Of a stretch of DNA of 64,000 nt, positions 35,442-47,400 are shown piece after piece. Positions within the stretch are counted from its first letter, which is position 1; every line of letters starts with the position of its first letter. The translations under genes and the position numbers were made by a program. The notes under the pieces were generated by a model that saw nothing but the letters and a program-made list of their open reading frames with translations, did no database searches and had not been told where the DNA came from. The stretch comes from Raillietiella orientalis. Its lineage: Eukaryota. The stretch spans positions 186,001-250,000 of the forward strand of contig JAYWIR010000017.1 in the NCBI GenBank assembly GCA_036172245.1. Direction: 5' to 3'.

Positions 35442-38400
35442 CTAAAAAATAGAAAAAACAACAATGAAGTTCTCACTCTTCTTCGCAAACATCTTAGAAT
35501 AGAATTCCCATCTACCCTCTATCAACTCAGCTTGCATTGCTGTGAAGTGATAGTGAAAGAAGAAGACACAGTAGTAATCTTGGAGGTTCCTATCCTTTAG
35601 TTTCCCTCCTAGTAAACTTCGCAACGGCAAAACTTATTCCCTCACGAGTTCGGAGGAGTCCAGGGAAGATCCTCGCAGGATGCACGCTTGAACTATTTCG
35701 GTATTCTTCGCCGTTTCGGGAAAAATTGCATTTTCGGACTGGCAACATTGCTAGGGCGGATTCCCTAAGCACAGAGTGCCTTCCAACTGATTTTCAACAA
35801 ACTGGGATCTTGCAATGCAGATCAACAGTTTCTGGATCTTTTCGCATTGCTTCCATTCGAGAGAGCCGCGACGAAAGCGACCCGTGAGGCAAATCGCTTT
35901 CAGTAGCAAAGTCGGTTGCGTGGCCTCGCCCCAAAGAAGCCATGAAACACCACGTTGAGCTTGCCTCATCGAAGTACTAGCTACTGGGGTTACCCCTAAG
36001 GAGCTTGGGAGCAGCACTGGTTGGAGTTCCCAAGAAGGGTAGGGGGTAAGCGACCCGTGCGGAACCTGATGTGAGATCTCGAACTCGCTGCTGCACGGGA
36101 GTCGATCGCGGGGGATGAGCTCCTCAATAAGACACTCAGACTTTGGGTCAAAACATACGACAGCGAGAACAGTGGAAGGTGAAGGGCCGAGGGAAGACTT
36201 CAGATGCCTCTGGTTTAGTGGGCCTCGTTACAGGTTCGCGATGGCACAGGAGCCGCTTTAACAAATCGAAAAAAAAATTCACTGCCAAAATGTGAAATCA
36301 CAAGGGTCATGGAAGTGACTGTTATGTATTTATTTCGGCTTTTTTTGTTTCAGTGGAGCCTATAGAGAAGCAAAACACACACACACACACACAAAAAAAA
36401 AACTTCCAACAGTCCTAGGACATAGCTGGCGTGTTCTTGTCTCTTGTTTGATATTTGGTTATCTCTTTCGGTCGTCTCCATTTCGCGTCCACAGTGCCCA
36501 AAGCGGCTATTCCTATGCTACTCGAAAAACAGATGTTGTGGACGGCTGACTCCCAGCAGCGGTCTTCATCGAATCGTGTTGAGGAAGTTTCACGATTTCC
36601 CCCTGAAACGCACACAGTTCGGGGGTGACCGACGATACGCTTTGCCATTGTGGAATTGAACTTCGGCTATTTTGTTTTTCCAGAGCTGGGCATTCCACGA
36701 GAATTCTTCTGGCGGGAGCTTCTCTCGAAGAAGCCGCGCGATTCTTTCCCTCAGAAATTTTCCTTTTTTTTTTTTTTTTTGTGGTCCATGGAAACTTATG
36801 ATATATCTCTTTGGAAAATGAGTTGCGAGATGAACAAAAATGCATCTCGAAGCGCGCAGATTCTTTTTAAAGAAAGGACTTCTTGAGCTCGAAGCTCGAG
36901 TCAAATTAGCACGGAATTCGCGACGTTTCCCATCTTATTTTTATCTCCTCCGTTATCTCTCTGTGAATTCATTCCCACCCGTGACTTCGCATATCGGCCC
37001 TCCGCTAGGGGAACAGACTGAAGAACCACCACTCTTCGCGCGGCCACTCGACGGTCCTCAAGGCCATAGCAACGACTTCGTTGCGGCACCTTGCATAAAT
37101 TAGACGCACACATGACAACGGAAATTCTTTCTGCGTTTTTTGATCTCGCACGCGGTGCACAGTCGGAAATGTCAGAGGGCTTTCATCCCTGCAAACAAAC
37201 GCTGCTTCCCCCTTGTAGAGGCGAGACGAACTTGTGTCTCTCGATGCCTATGACCTCTCCAAAATTCCCGTTTCCTTTTGTTCACTGTTCACCTTTCCAT
37301 CGCACTGTGAAGCTTTGAGCAGGGAGTCTTGCGCTTTGAACGTTTCCAGGAGATTTGGCCGCAAGGCCATAATGGCCTCCATGAGGGAAGACAGGGAAAG
37401 GAACTTCCTTTCATCTTTTCTGGTGTCGGCACCCTACAGGACTAAAGCAAATGGAAGAGGTTGCTGCCGAAGTCCAATACACCTTTTCAGCAGTCCTGAA
37501 GAGCAAACACGTTTCTTCTCCACCACATGACTCGCTGGATCCCAGTCTTTATCCAGTCTTCCGTTCTCAATAAAGCGCATCCTTTCGCTCGCAGGCCGGA
37601 CCCTCATCTTGCTCACGCGTGCATCCTGTTGCCCATAGCTCGGGCCAATCTGACTGCAAGAAATGGAAGACCTGACCTCGTGCTCGAAAGCACTTCTCAA
37701 GACGAGAGCACACGGAGAACAGGTCATCAGCTGCTGCTCGTTTGAACCTCCGGATAGACGGGAGTCGGGACTTCTTGGGAATTTCAATGCACACTCGAGG
37801 TGCTGCATCCTGAGGGAGCCGACCCGATTTGACCGAGGGGACGGTTCCACTCCGCTCGGTTCTTCCGCGCGCAGTGTCAGAGTTCAGCCGCCGACTCGGC
37901 GATGCCGGAAGACGCGGGAAGAAAGGAACTTTCCGGGCGAGGAGCCTGCCATGAGAAATACGGATGGACTTTCGAATTCTCCTCGACCCTTTCGGGGATC
38001 CGAGACCCACTTGTTCCACCGAGGGAGGGATCGAGTTCCGAGGGAGGATGCCTCTTGGAACAGCCGAAGCAACCGGCGGAGCGGTGAATTGGTATTAGGG
38101 GGTGATGGCAGGGGGGTTCAAGATTAAAGGTAGGCAGTTCATCGTAGCTTAAAGATGTTATGTAAGAGAAGATGGTCAGGATGGCTCCCGTGTAGACGAG
38201 ATGAAGGATGATGATGTATCGTGATGTCATGGAAAAGAAACTAATAAGAATGGTGATAGACACAGAAGTAAGGACGGGAAGGAGAGCCGTGACCACGAGA
38301 TTGGGGGTTCAAGAGAAGGAAGAACAGGGGAGCTACAATTACGATTGGGATTATGCAAGGGGGTGAGTCGAGCATTGTCCAGGGACAAGTGGGAGCGATG

Positions 38401-41400
38401 AATTGCAAGTGTTCGGCCGCAGTTATTCCGTCGAAATTTTCAGGGGACGTCCCCTCACGATCTCGAGGTAGCGAGACTTCCCCCTTGTATAACCTCAAAG
38501 TTAGGAGTCTCTGGTGCCCTTTGCTGCTGCTCCAGCGGGCATCCGAGAATGGCGTTTCCGATGGCAACCAGAGCTATCCTGGCGACGAAGCCGCTTTCTT
38601 CAGCCGTTTTCCAGCGGTGAAAAAGAAAAGAATTGAAGGGAATGGGGGAAGGGGGGGGGGGAGGAATTGCTGGCTGGAAGGGATCAAGTGGCGATAAACG
38701 CAAACAGTACCGCCTCAGTCGTAGGAGGAGGGTGCAAGGAACGGAAGCATGGAGACAGGAAAGACACACAAATGCACTTGGCCACGGAATCCACGAGGAT
38801 CGGAAAGTTCCCGGATCCTCCCCGTCAGCAAACCCTTTAACCAGGTTCGGGTTGCCCTTCCGCGGCATCCGCGGGAGACAAAAGCGAACCCGACACGCGT
38901 TGGGGGATCTCCCAACTTCCACTTCCTCATTTCTGGAACGAGAGTCGTCGGCTCACGAGCACGGTGCAGCGGGAAACCTCGCCAGATTCCCGGGCGTGGA
39001 AATCGCGCGCTCCCACGACTCGCTACTCCTGCTAACCAGACCGCTCCACTCCCATTCCACGCATCCCCCGACCTGCGCCGCTGTGCCCCCAGGAAACTGC
39101 TGGATTTGCTGGCAGAGACGAAAAGAGGGTGCACAGAGCGAATCCTCTTTTCGTCTCTCTCTTTGTCCTCTCCCGCGCAACCCGCCGGATCCAAGCAGGA
39201 CGCACCGAAGGAGGAGTCCGCTTATCCTGCAACTCCCTCCCCCGTGGGCTCGAAACTCGAGAATGATCGCCGCAAGGAGTGCACGGGAAGCAAAACAGCC
39301 CCCTCACGGAGCGGTCCTTCTGTGCGCCCACCGCTCGCGAGAGGGAACCCGCGACCTGATGGGCACAGCACGAGAAGTCGAAGACACTACCGTTGACGCC
39401 ATCCGCCCGCCCCGCAGAAAGCGGAATTTCGCGGCTTTTCCAGTTTCGGATCACCAGGGAGGGCCGCCTGACGGTAGCAACGAGGGCGTTCCCTCGTTGC
39501 TGCCGTCGTTGCCGCCCCCGTTCTGTCCCGAAACACCGATTTGGGCGCCGGCTCTCTTCGGAAAATTTGGCTTGAAGAACCCCTCGAAAATGGTCACTGC
39601 GTACTCTTCCCCAAGTGCACTTTTGCGCGTGCGCGCCCGAGCAAAAGCAATATCCCGCGCCGATCTGAGCCCGCCTCAGCGCCCCAGCCTGGAAGCTCGT
39701 GAGGGGAATCGAAATGGAGCCTCCTAGCCCCTACGACTCGATCGCTGCCACAGCAGACTGCGCCTAAAATCATCCGAAGATGAGTAGCTCTCTCGAAGAG
39801 ATCCGACCCGCTTAAGGAAGATGAAGAGGAAAGGAAAAAAAGAAAAAGAAACCAAAATTTGAATTCGCCTTCAGACCGAAAGTTGGTGATGACGACAGCA
39901 ATGCGGATGTTCTGACACTTCGGTCTGTTCGCTCCTTCCGCCCTAGCCTAAGCATGGGAACCGATGACGCCAAATCAGAGAAGGGTGAGGGAAACCCACA
40001 AGCGTGTTCCGGATGCAATCTGTGGTTCCTTGAGATGTTGGTGGAGATTACCACCATCTTTGTTTGTATTCCGCGCCCGGCACCCGCATTCTGTGCCGCC
40101 TCCCATCTTGTAGAACTTGTAGAACCGAATGCCGGGATTCGGCCGCGCGGATCGTCCCCTGAGAGTTTCGTTCGTCTAGTTCCCGTCGCGTAGGTGGGTT
40201 GGCCGTGATTTGCAGAGGTGGTCCAAGACGTCGAAGGAATGAGGCTAACGAGTCTCGACGTGCATCACCGGCTCCTCGGAGTTGGGCGACCACCTCACGG
40301 GAGGACGCGAAGAGCGTGCCATTTGGAGCCCGAAATCTAGAACACTCTGGAGAACGATCCCGCTCCCTTGTCACGATGGAAGGACCAAATGCCTGTGGCA
40401 CCCGAGGCGCAATCTCTGTGCATGCGCCTGCGCTCTGCTGCCACCACCGGAAAGAGGCCGAATAAGAAATTTGCGAAAGCGCTGCTGCAAGAAAACCACC
40501 CTGATCGCTGACGTTAATGAAGCAGAATTCTTCTCCATCGCAGAGAAGGTCATCTTCGGGGAGAAAGCACGAAGTCGGTTGCCTCCTTCATGAGAAGGAC
40601 GGATCTGGCAAGCCTCCGGAAACCCGCGGAAAACGGTTCTTCTTCGAGCTGCGAAGCTTCCCGAAGGACAAAATGGCTCGCGCATATGGGAGGACCAAAC
40701 GGCTGCTCCTTCGAAACCTCCGTTTACTCATCTTGGCGAACCACCTGCACTCGCAAGAAGAATTCAACTACTGTGAGCTTTTTTGCCACGACCGCCTACA
40801 CAAGAAGAAGCTCTCAACTGCCGATCACACACCCGCCTGGAAGTGACTCCGGAGACCTTTGTGAAACAGAGACGCTCTGCTGGAATTCGGCTTCCTTCCG
40901 TTCCTTATTTTCTAATCCTCTGGTCACCTACTACTGCGAAAGGTCATCGCGGTTCTTCTAGCGCCCCCCTGCGATGCAAAGGGTAGGAACATTTATCCTT
41001 CCTTCACCCACCAGAATTCGACTTAAGTTCATAAACCCTCGGATGAGGATTCCTTAAAAGTGTGGCATCCTCTTGAGAACCCCGGAGCGTTTCCGTGCGA
41101 CCACGGAAGCACAAGAGAAGTTTTGACCGTTGCTTCTAGGAGAAGCGCCCACCCATTGCGGTCTCTCCACGTTCGATCCAGCCTCTCAGGACTGGCACAC
41201 CACTACTGGGAGCTCCCCGTGAAGCCACTCGGGCACCATGCACGATAAGAGGCGGCGAAATGGAACGCCAGACCTTCGAGACAACGAGGATGAAAGGGGA
41301 GGTCACGACGTCACGAACGGATCACAGTGCATACAGCGAGTGAGAGAGGGCGCGAGTGCGGATCCGGGTGTCTACCAGCGCCCTCCGCTGGCGCGTTTTC

Positions 41401-44400
41401 GCACTGAAATCCGCCCTGCTTCCAAAGAAGAATCTCTGGGAGCGCGCTCGAAACTCACCGTGCCACCGAACGCCATGGGTTCTCCTGAATTCAGAACTTC
41501 AAGGAAGATGAGATCCCCAAGGGCGAGGCATCCACAGCAACGCGTTAGCACCCAAACGAGTTGGTGCCCTCCGGTTTTAAACAAAAAAAAAACAAAAACG
41601 AAAACGAAAAGAGGGAACCTTGCTGGGAGACTTCTCTCTTCCTCACTAGGTCAATTTTATTCCCGGCCAAGATCGAAGGTCTTCCGCGCAGGAGGTCCCA
41701 GGCCTGCAGCCGGGAGAGCAGCTCTTCGATCCTTTGGAAGCTCCCCTTGTCCACTATGGAATAGCAGAGGATGAAGCCGTCAGGAGGCGCGCCACGGCTC
41801 CACTCCGGCTGAAAAGGCCGCGGGATTGGGAGCCCCGCCCCAGAGGCGCCCGCTGCACTTACGTTTAGGTCCGCGCACACGCTGAATGTCACCTCGGACT
41901 GCACGTCGTTCAGCTTGATGTGCACCGACCGGTGGTGCCCGCCATCTGGAGAAAAGGAAGTGGTGCTCGCAGGAGTTCTGGGAAGTTGATCAATCGCCGA
42001 GGGAGAAAGGAAGAGATCGCACGAGCGGCAGGAAGAGAGATCCCGACTTGCGGTCTCTGTGGGCAACGGTCGGCAGCCACGTCGCAGTCTCCTCCCTGGG
42101 TGGCGGCGGCTGCGACGTGGCGGTCAATCTGGAGGGCGTTCCGTCGTTTTCATTCATTAATGATGATGATAGCAACTGATCGTTTTGAGAGGAGGAGGCA
42201 GAGGGCACGGGTTTGCGTGCGAGGCCGCTGCTTTTTGCGCCGGAAGCTGCTGATCCTCGCGATGGGCTTTTCCTGCCCTCTGGCACTGTGGAGCTACGCC
42301 GTCCCCTCAAAACTCGGAGGTCGCCCAACTCGAGCCGCAACTGTGGAGCTGCGACCCAGACGCTCCCAAGATCGCGGTTGCAGTCTCCTTGGGAATCCCT
42401 GCCCGTTCCTACCCCCTTTTACTCCTCCCCTCACCCCTGCGCGCTGGGCTGCTCTCTCAGACCTCCGACCGCTAACCCTGTCGGCCGCACCTGTTCCCGA
42501 AGAGCCACCGCGTCTTCCAGACTGCCCGGAAGGACAGGACCCAGGACAAGTGGGTGCTTATGAATCAACTGTGGGAGGGGAATAGGCCAAGGAATGCCGA
42601 GAGGATAGCCTCTCGCGGGAGGGGGCCCTTTCGAGTGAGGTCACCTCCAAAGGCCCTACCCGTCTTTTTCAGCAGTCCGCGGCCGCGAGGAGACGCTCAG
42701 CATCCGACGAAGATGCTGCGGAGGGATGGCAATGACCCGCCCTTGGAGCGGGCGAAGCGGCCAGGGATCCCCAGAGGAAGGGCAGAAGCGAGAAGACGTT
42801 CCCGGAAAGGTAGCGCGGAGAGTGCTGGGAAGGTTCGCTCCCGACGGCTCTTTCCTGAGCCGGCCGTCTCGCTCCCAGCAGTTCCATCCCCACGAACCAG
42901 AAGTTCCCGGCTCCCTCTGCACGCTCCCGGTCACAGAGTCGCATGCATCCGTCTGTTCGCTTCACTCCCCCTCTCGCTTCCGCTGCCGAACCCGAGATGG
43001 CAGCACCGCGGAGGGGCGGGTTCTTCGCGGGGGTTGCCGTCACCTTCACGCCACCCCTCCAACGCGCCTCTGAGCGCCTTCCCGGAGGGGGGATGGGCAG
43101 GGAGTTTCCTCCCTCCTCCCGAGCAGGCGAACTTTGCAGCTTCCCAGGCGAGTGAGGGAAGACGCTCGGGAAGGAGCGTCGCCCTGCCAATTCTCGGCTG
43201 GGCCGCGAGAGAGGGGAACAAGCGACTCGGCCGACTTGGAAGGTTCGCGAAGCTCGCAGACCCTGCAACGGGTGCTGATGCTGCCCTCGGAGACGGGCTG
43301 GTGGCGCAGCGTATAGATCGGGAAGCGGGACCGAGATCGATCCAGGGCCAGAGGACGGGAAGGATAGCGGCCTCAGGGAAGGGATGACCTGGTTACTCTC
43401 GAGGAAGACTCGGCAGGGATCGACCGGGAATCAGTCAAAAATGTTCGGATGTCCCGGTATTGGGTATGCGCAGAGGGAGGGGAGATGAGGGTGCGCTCAC
43501 CCTCTCCCCTCTAACGAGGCGAGGATTATCTGCCAGCGTAGGCACGTCGCCATGGCGCTCCATCTCCCAGGATGCTGAGCTCCAGCAAGGAAGAAAGGTC
43601 GGGACTAGCGTTTTCAGAAGTACATTTTCCTCGTGCGTGGATTTCTCGCGGAACGCAGGGTTGCCAGATCTCCAGGCAGTGCGGCTACCGGGAAACCGCG
43701 GACGCGCGCGAAGACCGCCTCAGGCTGCGTGGTCTCGGAAGGCGCGGAGCCGCATCCGGCGGAAGAAGGGGCGGAGAGTCAGGGGAATCGCTCCCACGGG
43801 TGCGCAGGGATCCCCGGAAGAGGTGGGTAGCATCCGTCTCCTGCCGGGGCATCTCAGAGCTGGCGCCTCCTTGGGAGGAAGCCGACCAGCTCTCTCGAAG
43901 GCGGGAAGGGCGTGAGACGGTTGGCTGCCAGGCGGAGGACCGCGCGGGTGATGAGCGGTCTGGGAGAGGGGGGAGGGGGGAGGGGAAAGAACCGGGCCAT
44001 GCAGAAGCAGCCTGAGGCGTGCCATGATCCTTCCTCCTCCTTCCCTACTGGCGCAGCCGACACAGCCTCCGCCTTCCGGCGTTGCTGAGCCGTTGTATGG
44101 ATGCACTCGAGAGAAATTCGCCCTTCGCGAAGATCCAGCCGCGTGCCACGCGACTGTGGCCTTCCGAACTCCACCGGAGGGCATCCACAGTCCCGTGCGC
44201 GTGAGGATTAACTTCCTGTGTACTCTGGGGCCCGACCACAACGGCCATTGGGTAGGAAGGCGGCGATGGAACTCTGCCCGGGAAGGAGGCAGGCCCCACG
44301 ACTCTCGCTGAGACCACCTCTAGAGAGCCATGCCCTGGGCCCTCTCGGGGGGTTCCAGCCAGCCCCCTGGCGGTGCCGCTGCCGCCGGAGCCATCGAAGG

Positions 44401-47400
44401 TGACCTCCCAGATGCACCATCCCCCCGCGCAGGTTCCTGGAAAGCCATCTCCCCGGAAGCCGGTGTGCCACTTCGGCAGCCGAGTTTCGCCGGATGCCGA
44501 CTGAGAACCGTCCCCAACCCCCAGGAGAGCCCCTGAAGCATCCACAACACTTCGCCCCGAGACAGACTGGGGACCCCTGAGCCGCTCGTTCCTCCTCCAA
44601 GTCCAGCACTCGCTTTCCCTGGGCGGAACGCTCCGTCTCGCAAGGCGCGCGTAGCGACCACGAGGAGCGAGTCGGCTGCATCCACCCGTCCTTTTCCTCT
44701 CCGTCTCCAGGTGGGAGCGAACTCTCTCTCTATCTCTGGCTTTTTCCTTCCCGAACTGGCCGCTGTGTCGCCCCGCGAGCTCCGCGCGGCCCTTGCCCCA
44801 GCGCAAGCAGGGAACGGCAAGAGTCTGCCTGTGTGGTTGTCTGCTTGCGCGCGCGCCGTCGGATGCGTACGGGCTATTTTTATAATCAATCCCGGAATCA
44901 GAGCACCCTGGACCAGGACGAGCACACTGCGCCCGTTACGTGGAAGCGCGCGCAAAATGCAACAGTGTCTGTGGCACTTGGGAGGCGCGAACGGGCGTCA
45001 AGGGAAGGAGAGGGAAGGAGAAAAGATGGAGTCGGATCAGAGGAGGAGATAAGCCCACTTCGTGCGTGATGCTGCGGAACGGGTGGCGCTTGCTTGTTTG
45101 CACCACAAAAAGGAACCGCGACGCTCGGGAAGGTTTCCAAGTACCCCTGTAACCCATGCAAACTTTTTACTTCCCAATTACATGCATGCCTGATGGACCC
45201 GATTGATGGCCCCAACAGTTACTCGCGCTTTTGTAATGGTAAAAACACTAGGCGTGTCCAAGAAAAAGGGGTGATTGCGAAGCTAAGCAATTAGGCAAGA
45301 TGACTAAAGGGCGAAGTTTGCTCGTATCAAGGGATGGTTCTAGCTAGAGGTGACCATGGCAACGACTCCGAAATCATTCCTGTTATGTTAAAGCTTAGAT
45401 GATTTTTGTTGAGTATGCTGGTGAAGAGTGTACCGGTTTGGTGCATTGGGGGTACGATGTTCTTGTTGGATGCTGGAATTTTACGGGACGGTGCTCCGTA
45501 GTGTTTTATGTGCATGTTCTCGGGTAAATAGCGAGAAGTTTTCTTTGTGTGTTTTTGAGGGAGGGTGGGGAATAAGTCGCTAAGATAAGGCAGATATTCG
45601 CTGTTAATGGTGATTGCTTTTTTATGTCGCATCATGCTTTGAGAGCAGGTCGGGGAGATGAGAAAAGATTGATGTTCAGGCTGTGATTCTTCGCAAGAGA
45701 GGATGCACGGCACATGTAGCGAAGGATCTGAATGCAGGTAAACCAAGATGGCGTCGTCGCACGATCAGCAGGAGTAGAAGCGCATCGCCAGGACGCCGGA
45801 AGGAGCCGTCTCAAAGTTCGGGACACGCATGGGCATTTCACGCGGGGCAGGAAAACATGAAAGCGATTCCTGGCAGTTTCGAGGAAATATGGAAAAGCGC
45901 GCCATTCGATCCTTGCAGAAAGATCAGGCGTCGACGAAGAAACTGAGAATTTTTCGTCACGCGCGAGCACTTCTGCGGCAAGAGTTCCTCCCGAAAATCT
46001 CTCTCGAGTTACTCCCGGAAGGAAAACGCCAGCCTCCTGACTGGGATTCTTAGAGAACCGCACATGCACCGGGAGATGTAAGGAGACTTCGGGCCGTACT
46101 CCCACGCCTTCAGGTTTCTTCTGCTCACCGAAAAGGATTCTCAGATTCATCTGAACAAGGCGACTTCAGATGCTGCTGTCTCAGAAACACGCGGAGGCTT
46201 GCAAGCATCCGTTTTTCAGATTACTAACTCTATCTCAGCACGAGGCCTCCTCCTCCTCTCTCTGAAAGATTCCACTGGAGCGTGTCACGCGTGCGCACTC
46301 CTGTGCCGAGTACAGCTCGAATTTCGGGATCGACGCATTAGTGAACTGGGAGCACAAAACAAACAAAAAAATAACCTCCACTGCTTGCTTCGATTTCATA
46401 GTCCCCGTTCCTATCTCGAGAAGAAGTTCCTATCTCTCTGCGCGTCTGTGCAATCAAAGAAGGATGCTGTGGTGAGCCGCGCTCCCTTTCGTGTCTCGAG
46501 ACCTGTGGTCCACTCGGTTTCCAAACATTTTCTTGAACAGTCCCACCGCTTTCCTTTAGCTACTGCCAGCATTGGTAAATCAAGGCTTGCACATAACTCA
46601 GTGGAAGGCGGAGGATGATTCCAACATTCTATTTTGACTCTAGCTTAGCCTCTGGACATTACCAGTAGTGCAACAAGCTGTCTACCCCCCTTCCCCACCA
46701 TTGGCCCGTGAAATCAGTGATCGGCATCGAAAAGCGCCGAATTTCCAGCGACCGTAGCGCAGGGTCTTCTCACTACAGGTCTTCTTTTCCTGAAGCTCCC
46801 AAGAGATCTTGCATGCTCAGCGCAGTCTTCGAAGCACTGATCCCGTTCTGACTGCTGCCGCATCCAGTATCTTTTTCGTTGCCTCTCCCATTCTTCAGTC
46901 ATCCGACTTTCAGCACCACTTGCCATCAGAGTACAGATAGCTTCTTGTTTCTCGTGCACCACAAGCAGCAGAAGACTTAAAGGAAAAGGAAGAGGTAGAA
47001 GGTAACCAAGGGAAGGCGCTCTTCGTGTCCTCTGGCACTTCGTCATCAGAGGCTTCGTAGTGCTGACTTGGACCTGAAGCTAGGAGATCGATCCAATTGA
47101 TAACCTATGGTCCTGAAGCTGGACATCATGGAGGCAGGCAGCTGGTTCCCCGGCCTACGGACTTTCAGGCACATAGCGCACTCCCACCCATCTCCGTAAT
47201 CACCTTTTTGGAAACGTTTTGGTTTCCAGGCAGCGTATTGCAATTCCAGTTCTTGCCTGGTCCAGGGTCGAAGGCGTTCCTGCTTAAACGCCTCATGGGA
47301 CGAACTTTGCGCCTTCAGCTGTTCGGATGACGAGAAGCTTCTTGCCAACGCCTGTTCCACTCTACAAGAGGATTCGCTCCGGATGATTGAGAGGAGGCCA

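Noticed and set aside
37450..37680. THAP-like motif (KDWDP..RVCS) on the minus strand
   Set aside because: Lacks the conserved HF and the N-terminal Cys pair; could be chance.
38633..39727. 364-aa + strand ORF and the many overlapping 100-280-aa ORFs between 37 and 54 kb
   Set aside because: Arg/Pro/Ser/Gly-rich, open in several frames at once, no domain motifs; expected from high GC with few stop codons inside RGK introns.
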